Source: Fidelibacterota bacterium SCGC AAA298-D23
GTDB taxonomy: Bacteria > Fidelibacterota > Marinisomatia > Marinisomatales > Marinisomataceae
Assembly (NCBI GenBank): GCA_000402655.1
Contig: AQSI01000001.1
Span: 46,760 to 110,759 of the forward strand
Length of the DNA: 64,000 bases
Direction of reading: 5' to 3'
Below are positions 48,180 through 56,029 of the stretch, piece by piece. A program made the translations under genes and the position numbers. A model generated the notes under the pieces. That model made no database searches. It was not told where the DNA came from and worked only from the letters and a program-made list of their open reading frames with translations. Position 1 is the stretch's first letter; each line of letters starts with the position of its first letter.

Positions 48180-48815
48180 CTAAGATTCGTTAATGATATC
48201 TTTAAGTTCCGTAATAATCATTGCAGTTGCACCCCAACAAATACATTCATTAAAATGAAAAGCTGGAACATTTATTTTAAAACCAGAACTATTAATTGGT
48301 GTTTTTGAAACTAAATTATTATCAAGTAATTCATCAAGACTAACCTTATAAACCTGATCAACTTCGCTATTATTAATTTTTATTTGAGGCTGAATCTTTG
48401 AATACCATAAAAAAACATGGATATTAAAATACGATACTGGTGTATAAAGGCTAGAAAGTTGTCCTAAGCTTTTTAAGGTTGAAGAATCAATCCCAATTTC
48501 TTCGTTTGTCTCTCTAAGTGAAGCATTTTGTGCAGTTTCATTTTTATCAATAGCTCCCCCAGGTAAAGATACTTGGCCTTTATGATGCTCAACATTATCA
48601 GTTCTTTTTGTTAGCAAAAAAAATAATTGATTATTTTCTTCAAATAAAATGATGCTAACGCTAGCCTGCTTAGCATCTTTTGGAGGAATAAATGCTTTTT
48701 CTGTAATACTATTTATCGGAATTACAGACATTTTTCTATGGCTTTTCCATCCAGGTAATTCATAATTACTACCAACTCTTTCCTTTATTAATGCAATTAT
48801 TTTGTCTACTTTCAT
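48180..48815 (-). CDS. Nudix hydrolase, CoA pyrophosphatase type (NudL/Nudt7-like)
   Basis: Nudix box GGAIDKNETAQNASLRETNEEIGI, preceded by the CoAse signature LLTKRTDNVEHHKGQVSLPGG. The track start at 48941 adds 42 aa that are antisense to the HAD gene. I prefer the ATG at 48815 (MKVDKIIAL..., 212 aa). Confidence 0.7.
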   Translation of the reverse strand: MKVDKIIALIKERVGSNYELPGWKSHRKMSVIPINSITEKAFIPPKDAKQASVSIILFEENNQLFFLLTKRTDNVEHHKGQVSLPGGAIDKNETAQNASLRETNEEIGIDSSTLKSLGQLSSLYTPVSYFNIHVFLWYSKIQPQIKINNSEVDQVYKVSLDELLDNNLVSKTPINSSGFKINVPAFHFNECICWGATAMIITELKDIINES

Positions 48816-49464
48816 ATCCGTGAAATATAAGCACATAATTTGGGATTGGAATGGAACTTTACTCAATGATTTAACCTTGTGCGTTGATCTACTTAATGTA
48901 TCTTTAGAAAAAAGAAAGCTACCTGAGATGACAGAAGACAAATATAGAAAGAAATTTCTTTTCCCAATTAAAACTTTTTATGAGTCCATTGGATTTGATT
49001 TTTCAAAAGAGGATTTTACAATTGCTAATGATGAATTTCATCAAGGCTTTGAACAAAAGTTTAAAAAACTAGCTTTACAACCTTATGCTCAAGATACCAT
49101 TGCACGTTTTCAGAAATTGGGAATTACACAAAGTATATTATCTGCAACAGTTCAAAGTCGACTAAATGAGCAAGTAGATTTTTTTGGTATTACACATCTA
49201 CTTGATAACGTGGTTGGTATAAGTAATACACCATCAGGCTATGGAAAAGAATTTGAAGGAAGAGAATTATTAAATAATACTGATATACCACTTGAACAAA
49301 CAATTATTGTTGGTGATAGTATGCTAGACTTTACCGTTTCAAAAGCACTTAACATTGATTGTGCACTACTTTCTAACGGGCATAACAATTTAGAAAGACT
49401 TCAAGCCACAGGTTCAAAAACTTTTTCTAATATTCAATCGTTTTCAGATTGGATTTTAGATTGA
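48802..49464 (+). CDS. HAD-IA family hydrolase (phosphoglycolate-phosphatase-like), motif I variant DWNGT
   Basis: 220 aa from TTG 48802 (alternative GTG 48820). Motif I is IIWDWNGTL, motif II SILSAT, and motif IV VGDSMLD. Confidence 0.7.
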   Translation: MSTFISVKYKHIIWDWNGTLLNDLTLCVDLLNVSLEKRKLPEMTEDKYRKKFLFPIKTFYESIGFDFSKEDFTIANDEFHQGFEQKFKKLALQPYAQDTIARFQKLGITQSILSATVQSRLNEQVDFFGITHLLDNVVGISNTPSGYGKEFEGRELLNNTDIPLEQTIIVGDSMLDFTVSKALNIDCALLSNGHNNLERLQATGSKTFSNIQSFSDWILD

Positions 49465-49465
49465 C

Positions 49466-50218
49466 TTAGGTGGTTATCCCACCATCAACAGTAAAAATTG
49501 ACCCTGTCACAAAGTCTGATGCTTCAGATGCAAGATAAAGTGCCATTCCTGATATATCATCCGGTGATCCCATTTTACCCTGTGGAATAGATTTAACAAT
49601 TTTGTTATATGTATCTTCGTTCTCCCATAACGCTTTACTGAAATCAGTTTTAATGAGTCCAGGAGCTAATGTGTTAACATTAATATTATGCACACCAAGC
49701 TCTTTAGCTAAAACTTTTGTGAGCATCACTACAGCAGCCTTACTTATGTTATAAACCCCTAAACCTTCAAGCGGTGTTTTAGCTGCTATGGAAGCTACAT
49801 TAATAATTTTACCAGAATTATTGGCAATCATTGTCTCACTACATGCTTTTGCAAAATTAAAATAGCCTTTAACATTAACATCAAAGATTTTATCCCAATG
49901 AGAATCTTCAGAATTTAAAATTGGTCCATAGTAGGGATTTGCCGCTGCGTTATTTACTAAAACGTCAACTTTATCAAATTTTTCTATTGTATGATCTACA
50001 ACGGATTGAATGGATTCTTTATTGCTTGTATTGCATTCAATAGGTATTAAAGTTAATCCATTTGATTCTGCTTCTATAACCGCAGAATCGAGATTTTCTT
50101 TTCTCCTGCTACAAATAACAACATTTGCACCTGCTTGTGAAAGCTTCATAGCAATAGCCTTGCCTATTCCTTTTGATCCTCCAGAAACTATTGCAGTTTT
50201 CTTAGCTAAATTGAGCAT
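49466..50218 (-). CDS. Short-chain dehydrogenase/reductase (FabG-like)
   Basis: 250 aa with SGGSKGIGKAIA, NNAA and the catalytic YNISKAAV. Confidence 0.8.
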   Translation of the reverse strand: MLNLAKKTAIVSGGSKGIGKAIAMKLSQAGANVVICSRRKENLDSAVIEAESNGLTLIPIECNTSNKESIQSVVDHTIEKFDKVDVLVNNAAANPYYGPILNSEDSHWDKIFDVNVKGYFNFAKACSETMIANNSGKIINVASIAAKTPLEGLGVYNISKAAVVMLTKVLAKELGVHNINVNTLAPGLIKTDFSKALWENEDTYNKIVKSIPQGKMGSPDDISGMALYLASEASDFVTGSIFTVDGGITT

Positions 50219-51067
50219 TTATTTTTTCTTTCTGCGCTCAGCCATTGCTTTCCACATTGATTCAGGCAATTTAGTTAAATCAGAAAATTCTCCTGCTCCC
50301 GCAATCCATTCTCCACCGTCAATTGTAACAACTTCTCCATTGATATATGCAGAACCATCGCTCATTAAGTAGGATGCTAGATTTTCTAATTCGTGTCTTT
50401 CGCCAAAACGTTTCATAGGAATTTTATTTTTCATATCATCTTCAAAATCATCAAATCCTGGCGGCATTAATCTTGACCAAGCACCTTTTGTGGGGAATGG
50501 CCCTGGTGCTATTGCGTTAAATCGAATATTATATTTACCCCACTCAACAGCTAGTGATCTTGTCATTGCTAAAACACCTGCTTTTGCAGCTGCAGATGGC
50601 ACTACAAAAGGTGAACCGGTCCAGGCGTATGTTGTTACAATACTTAAAATATTACCTTTTTTATTTTTGATCATTTCTTTACCAAGAACACTTGTACAAT
50701 TCCATGTACCCATAAGCACAATATCAATTACGGCCTTAAAAGCATTTTGACTAAGCATCTCAGTTGGAGAAATAAAATTACCAGCAGCATTATTCAACAG
50801 TGCGTCAACTGTTCCAAATTTATCTAATGCCTGTTTGGACATAGATTCAACATCCTCAATTTTTCGTACATCCCCAGGGCAAGTTAACACATCAATATTT
50901 TGTTGTGAAAACTCATGAGCTGCTTCTTCAAGGACTTCCTTTCGTCTTCCACTGATTACTAAATTTGCTCCAAGTTCACCAAACCTTCTTGCCATGCTTT
51001 TTCCTAAACCTGAACCACCTCCAGTAACAACAATGGTTTTATCATTTAATAAATTGTCTTTAAACAT
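50219..51067 (-). CDS. 2,4-dienoyl-CoA reductase-like SDR (DECR type)
   Basis: 282 aa. TGGGSGLGKSMA and PSAAAKAGVLAMTRSLAVEWGKYNIRFNAIAPGPFPTKGAWSRL closely parallel the DECR active-site block (SxAAKAG in place of YxxxK). Confidence 0.8.
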   Translation of the reverse strand: MFKDNLLNDKTIVVTGGGSGLGKSMARRFGELGANLVISGRRKEVLEEAAHEFSQQNIDVLTCPGDVRKIEDVESMSKQALDKFGTVDALLNNAAGNFISPTEMLSQNAFKAVIDIVLMGTWNCTSVLGKEMIKNKKGNILSIVTTYAWTGSPFVVPSAAAKAGVLAMTRSLAVEWGKYNIRFNAIAPGPFPTKGAWSRLMPPGFDDFEDDMKNKIPMKRFGERHELENLASYLMSDGSAYINGEVVTIDGGEWIAGAGEFSDLTKLPESMWKAMAERRKKK

Positions 51068-51085
51068 ATTGTATTCTCCCCTTCA

Positions 51086-51397
51086 TTACTTTAATGCGTC
51101 TAAATTATTTTTTATTGTCTCGGTTTTTTCTTTGAGTGGATTTAACACAGAATCCTCAATTACATCACCTATTTTTTCTTCGCTGCTTTCAAGCTGTGTT
51201 TTAATTTCATCAATATTGGGTAAAGGTTGATTTGTGAAAAGTAAATAGGCACAATATAAAATAAATAAGGTTATCCCAAGTGTAACAATTTTAAATAGTT
51301 TTTTAATTACGCTAAAGGTTATCATAGTAATTAACACTATTGCTACAGCAAGATAAGCAGGATTATCCGAAATGCTATTTAACAGATTTTCTAACAT
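51086..51397 (-). CDS. Small hypothetical membrane protein
   Basis: 103 aa with two predicted TM helices and an acidic, helical C-terminus. No recognisable family. Confidence 0.4.
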   Translation of the reverse strand: MLENLLNSISDNPAYLAVAIVLITMITFSVIKKLFKIVTLGITLFILYCAYLLFTNQPLPNIDEIKTQLESSEEKIGDVIEDSVLNPLKEKTETIKNNLDALK

Positions 51398-51434
51398 TAT
51401 ATCAATTTATACATTACATTTCTACTTTACAAAG

Positions 51435-54400
51435 ATGAAACATAAATCAATACAAAACGTTAATAATAATGTGATTAAAAAAGTATGTGTTTTATTCTTT
51501 TTTCTAAATCTTGTTTTTGCTCAAGATAAAATTGAGTTGAAACAAGCTGATTCTTTATCATCTATTCAAACTAATAATGAAACCCTTACTTCATTGAAGG
51601 GTAACATTATTTTCAAAAAAGGGAATCAGCTACTCTTTGGTGACAGAGCTACACAATCAAGCAATAATGATATAGTAAAACTTTACGATAATGTGAAAAT
51701 TGAAGATGGAAATAAAACAATATTTTGCGATTCTTTGTTCTTCGACACTGAAAAAGATAAAATAGAACTTCTTGGACGAGTCAATATAAATAACGGCAAT
51801 CAAATAATTACTTCTACCAAAGGAAGGTTGGACAATAAAAATGAAAAAATTACACTCTTAAGCAATTCCAGTATTGAGGATAAAGACCAAAAAATTGAGG
51901 GTGATTTAATTGAAATTATTTTTGACAAAAGTGAAATTATATCATTACAAGTTTTAGAAAATGGTTCCATTTTTTCTAAAAACTTTGGGTATGAAAAAGA
52001 TAATAATAACAAAAATCAATCTATTGAAAATCAAGATATACTTTCTGGTAATATTATTAGTATAAGTATGAAAGATAATCAAGTTGATGAAATTGAACTT
52101 AAAGGAATGGCTTCAAGCTTTATACACCTTTATGAAGATTCACTTTATCAAGGTACAAATGAAATTTCGGGCGATAAAATTGTCTTACAATTAAAGAATA
52201 ATAATGCTACTGAATTAGTATCTAATGGAGGTGTAATAGGTAAATTTATTCCTTCTTCTTCAAATTCATCAGGTCAGGAAAAAGTAGATTATAGTGGAGA
52301 TAGAGTAGAATTTGATACTAATTCAAGATCCTCAAAAATGTATGGGAATGCTAACATCGTTCAAGTTGGAATGGATTTAACAGCTGCTCAAATAAATCTT
52401 GACTGGAAAAGCAACATTCTAGAAGCATTTAGCACTAATGCTTTTAATCAAGATGAAAATTTAGAACCTACTTTAATTGAAAATGGTCGCGAACCAGTTT
52501 CAGGAAAATCTATGGTTTATAATATTAAAAATAGAAAAGGAAAAGTAATTGCTGGTAAAACTAAAGTACAAAATAATACTTATATCGGCACAAAAATTAC
52601 TACTGTTTCCGACAGCACTTTTTACATTGATGATTGCATTTTCACATCCTGTGATCCATCAAAATTTTATATTGGAAGTAAACAGGCAAAAATTATTTAT
52701 GGAGATAAAATTATATTAAAGCCATTAAACATCGTTGTCGGAGGTGTACCAATTTTTGGTATACCAAAAGCTATCTTTCCTCATTCCAATGAAGAAAGAA
52801 GATCTGGCTGGATCATGCCATCTTTCGGGTCATCAGATAATCGAGGAAACTACTTAGATGGGCTTGGATATTATTTTGCTCCAAATGATTATTTTGGTTC
52901 TGAAAATTCAATAATTTTTGCTGATAGACAGGGTTTAATTCTTAAATCAAAAAACCAATATAAAAATCGTTACAAATTTAGCGGTGGATTCAACTTTGAA
53001 ATTCGTAAACATTTGAGTTCCTCAGAACAGGATATTGCAAAACTAAATGAAAACAATAAGACAGATTTCTCTTTAAATTGGAATCACAATCAAATTCTTC
53101 GAAACGACCAAACACTAAGATCAAATGTAAGCTATTACAGTAATGGTGAATACAATCGTGAGACAAGCATTGATCCAATCAAAAGATTAAATCAGCAAGC
53201 AATTTCTAATGCTACATACTCAAAAAGATGGAAAGATAAAAATATCTCAATGAGCGTCAATGTATCCAACAAACAAGATTTAATGTCCAAAAATAAGGTT
53301 AATAGTTCATCTTCTTTTTATCAAAATCCTACTAGTCTTTCTTCTTCTATCACAGAGAACACAAGCACGCTTCCTTCATTAAATTTTCGAGTTGGAAGAA
53401 GAAACTTATTTCGCAACTCAAACGAATCTTTTTTAAATAATATTCAATGGGATTTTAATTCAAGAATTTTAAATAATTCTAAAAACTATTATCGCTCTCA
53501 AGAGTTGATTGACGAACAAGGAATAAGCAGCTTTCAATGGGAGCAGGATGATGATGGAAATGCTATTGCTTTTAATCAAAGTGATATAATGTTAAAAAAT
53601 AAATTTAGCATTAATGCTCCATTTACTGCTTTTAAGTATGTTGCAATAAACCCAAATATTAATATCAGTTCTGACTTTGTAAATAGATTTCAAGAAGCGT
53701 CCATTAATGAAGAAAATGAAGTAGAATTGAATACGATTGACCGCTTTAAAAATAGGACTATCTCAAATTTGGCTTTATCGATATCTACCAAAGTGTACGG
53801 CATTTTACCATTTAAGGTGAGAAATTTTCAAGCTATTAGACATGTAATGACGCCAAGGATTGGATTTTCATATTCCCCTAATTATCTCAAAAATGATAAT
53901 TATTTTCAGGAATTTAATGATGAATACTATGATTATTTTTCTGGAACCCTTATAGGCTCTACTCCAAGAACAAGTAGCAAAAAAATTAACCTATCTCTTG
54001 GAAATGTATTTCAAGCAAAGAGAAGTATAAATAATGAAGAAGAAAAAATAGATCTTTTTTCTTTACGTATGAATACTGGGTATGATGTAAACAAAGAAGA
54101 ATTCAAATTATCCACTTTAAATTCTTCTTTAAGAAGCAGCTTAAAAAATGGAACAAATATTGATATGAATTTTACTCATGATTTTTATGAGTTTAATAAA
54201 GAAGAAAGTATAAGAATTAATAAACTCCGATCAATTCCTAGGCTTACTGGTATCAGGCTTTCAACAAATTTTACATTAAAGGGTAAAAAAAATGATATTC
54301 AAAATGATAATGAATTATCAGAAGAAACAAAAAATTTTCTAAATGATTTTTCCTCCAATATTTGGCAAAGCAGAATTGGTGTAAGTTATACATTAAACAA

Positions 54401-54695
54401 AATTAATCCGGACAATAAAATTGAGAATTTTTGGCTTAATTCTAATACAAGTGTAAATGTCACAAATAATTGGAAGTTAAATTATAATGCGAGATTTAAT
54501 CTTATAGATAATAATATAGTTCGACACAATTTGACACTTTATCGAGAAATTGATTGTTGGGAATTATTTGTTGATTGGACCCCTAATGGATATGCTAGAG
54601 GATTATATTTTAGATTAAACTTAAAATCAGATATGCTTCAAGATCTAAAAGTTGAACAAAAAACAGGAATCTATACTACTAGACCAAGTTTTTAG
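51435..54695 (+). CDS. LptD/OstA-like outer-membrane LPS assembly protein (very large)
   Basis: The track start at 51372 would overlap the divergent gene. The ATG at 51435 gives MKHKSIQNVNNNVIKKVCVLFFFLNLVFA|QDK. The N-terminus holds repeated OstA-like beta-jellyroll segments (LKGNIIFKKGNQLLFGDRA..., VKLYDNVKIEDGNKTIFCDSLFFD...). The C-terminal ~700 aa are beta-barrel-like. Confidence 0.7.
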   Translation: MKHKSIQNVNNNVIKKVCVLFFFLNLVFAQDKIELKQADSLSSIQTNNETLTSLKGNIIFKKGNQLLFGDRATQSSNNDIVKLYDNVKIEDGNKTIFCDSLFFDTEKDKIELLGRVNINNGNQIITSTKGRLDNKNEKITLLSNSSIEDKDQKIEGDLIEIIFDKSEIISLQVLENGSIFSKNFGYEKDNNNKNQSIENQDILSGNIISISMKDNQVDEIELKGMASSFIHLYEDSLYQGTNEISGDKIVLQLKNNNATELVSNGGVIGKFIPSSSNSSGQEKVDYSGDRVEFDTNSRSSKMYGNANIVQVGMDLTAAQINLDWKSNILEAFSTNAFNQDENLEPTLIENGREPVSGKSMVYNIKNRKGKVIAGKTKVQNNTYIGTKITTVSDSTFYIDDCIFTSCDPSKFYIGSKQAKIIYGDKIILKPLNIVVGGVPIFGIPKAIFPHSNEERRSGWIMPSFGSSDNRGNYLDGLGYYFAPNDYFGSENSIIFADRQGLILKSKNQYKNRYKFSGGFNFEIRKHLSSSEQDIAKLNENNKTDFSLNWNHNQILRNDQTLRSNVSYYSNGEYNRETSIDPIKRLNQQAISNATYSKRWKDKNISMSVNVSNKQDLMSKNKVNSSSSFYQNPTSLSSSITENTSTLPSLNFRVGRRNLFRNSNESFLNNIQWDFNSRILNNSKNYYRSQELIDEQGISSFQWEQDDDGNAIAFNQSDIMLKNKFSINAPFTAFKYVAINPNINISSDFVNRFQEASINEENEVELNTIDRFKNRTISNLALSISTKVYGILPFKVRNFQAIRHVMTPRIGFSYSPNYLKNDNYFQEFNDEYYDYFSGTLIGSTPRTSSKKINLSLGNVFQAKRSINNEEEKIDLFSLRMNTGYDVNKEEFKLSTLNSSLRSSLKNGTNIDMNFTHDFYEFNKEESIRINKLRSIPRLTGIRLSTNFTLKGKKNDIQNDNELSEETKNFLNDFSSNIWQSRIGVSYTLNKINPDNKIENFWLNSNTSVNVTNNWKLNYNARFNLIDNNIVRHNLTLYREIDCWELFVDWTPNGYARGLYFRLNLKSDMLQDLKVEQKTGIYTTRPSF

Positions 54696-54730
54696 GTGTT
54701 ATTACTTAAAAAAATTATTAAAGTTGTTTT

Positions 54731-55954
54731 GTGAAATCAAAATTCCAGAAAATTAAAGGAACTTATGATATACTTCCGCCGGAAAGTAAAAAATGGAATA
54801 CAGCTGTTTCAATTCTTCAATCATTAAGCGAACAATTTGGATATGAAGAAATCAAAACTCCAATAATTGAAAATATTGATTTATTTAAACAAAATATTGG
54901 ATATGAAACTGATGTTTCAAAGGAAATGTTTTCTTGGGAAGATCCTTCTGGCAGTCAATTAGTTTTAAAGCCTGAAATGACTGCTCCTGTTGTTAGAGCG
55001 TACATTGAATCAGGATTTTTCAGAAGTAAACCTTTGTGCAAACTATTTTATATTGATGCTTTATTTCGTAGAGAAAAACCGCAAAAAGGAAGACAAAGAC
55101 AATTTCATCAATTCGGGATAGAAGCACTTGGATCTTCTGAGGTCGAACAAGATGTAGAGGTTATTCTTTTGGCAACAAAGATATTATGTCATTTGGGCAT
55201 TTCAAATACCACTCTTCAAATAAATGATATTGGTAATTATGAAACTAGAAAAAAATATCAGGAAAAATTGAATGAATACTTTTCAGATTATAAATCTAGT
55301 TTATCAAAATTATCTCAAAATAGGTTAGGAAATAACTCTTTGCGCATTCTTGACAGTAAAGAAGAGGAAGACATCGAAATCATTAAAAATGCTCCATTGA
55401 TTAAAGAATTTTTAACAAAGGATGAATTAAATAACTATTCATCACTTTTAACTCACTTAGATGCATTAGGAATACCTTACAAAGAAAATGGTCATTTAGT
55501 GAGAGGGCTTGACTACTACAATGGAACTACATTCGAAATTTCAAACATGTCATCAAAATCACAAAATGCGTTGCTTGGTGGTGGAAGATACGACTATTTG
55601 GTTGAAAGCATGGGTGGACCATCTACACCTGCTGTTGGGTTTGCTGCAGGTATTGAAAGACTTTTAATTGAATCATCAACAGAAGATAAAAATGAAACAA
55701 TAGATTTTTTCATTGGTTTTGAATCTCATGCTGAAAGCGCTATTAAGATAGCAAATCAATTAATTGATGAAGGTTATTCCCTTTATATTGATACTTTAAA
55801 AAGATCTGAAAAGAATCAGTTAAAAAATGCAATTAAAATGAATGCAAGTTTTTACTTAAGATGTGATGAATCAATTAAGCTAAAAAACTTAACTTCAAAA
55901 GAAGAATTAGTTGTAAATAATATTTCAGACATCAAAAAATTAATAAAATTGTAA
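54731..55954 (+). CDS. hisS: Histidine--tRNA ligase
   Basis: 407 aa with a GTG start. Class II motif 2 is FRREKPQKGRQRQFHQFGIE and motif 3 is GGGRYDYL. A C-terminal anticodon-binding domain is present. Confidence 0.9.
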   Translation: MKSKFQKIKGTYDILPPESKKWNTAVSILQSLSEQFGYEEIKTPIIENIDLFKQNIGYETDVSKEMFSWEDPSGSQLVLKPEMTAPVVRAYIESGFFRSKPLCKLFYIDALFRREKPQKGRQRQFHQFGIEALGSSEVEQDVEVILLATKILCHLGISNTTLQINDIGNYETRKKYQEKLNEYFSDYKSSLSKLSQNRLGNNSLRILDSKEEEDIEIIKNAPLIKEFLTKDELNNYSSLLTHLDALGIPYKENGHLVRGLDYYNGTTFEISNMSSKSQNALLGGGRYDYLVESMGGPSTPAVGFAAGIERLLIESSTEDKNETIDFFIGFESHAESAIKIANQLIDEGYSLYIDTLKRSEKNQLKNAIKMNASFYLRCDESIKLKNLTSKEELVVNNISDIKKLIKL

Positions 55955-55960
55955 CCCAAT

Positions 55961-55988
55961 AATTTATATTTATATATAAATATAAATT
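55961..55988. repeat. 28-bp perfect A/T-only palindrome
   Basis: AATTTATATTTATATATAAATATAAATT equals its own reverse complement (checked base by base). It lies 7 nt after the hisS stop and 1 nt before the topA -35 candidate. Confidence 0.9.
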
Positions 55989-55989
55989 T

Positions 55990-56019
55990 TTGACAAATAC
56001 TCTCCGATTTGTGTAAGTT
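55990..56019 (+). promoter_or_regulatory. Candidate sigma70-type promoter for topA
   Basis: TTGACA (55990..55995), 18-nt spacer, TAAGTT (56014..56019). Only ~10 nt separate the -10 from the ATG at 56030, and no SD is visible. Confidence 0.35.
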
Positions 56020-56029
56020 GCCAACCAAT

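Noticed and set aside
48816-48941. Longer 253-aa version of the Nudix protein starting at 48941
   Set aside because: The extra 42 residues (MSSVISGSFLFSKDTLSRS...) are antisense to the conserved N-terminal motif I region of the HAD gene. They add nothing resembling NudL N-termini. The call remains uncertain and is noted in the findings.
50010-51230. Antisense ORFs 50010..50372, 50490..50750 and 50994..51230 across the two SDR genes
   Set aside because: They are mirror-frame artefacts of well-supported SDR genes, with Pro/Ser/Ala-rich nonsense composition and no independent support.
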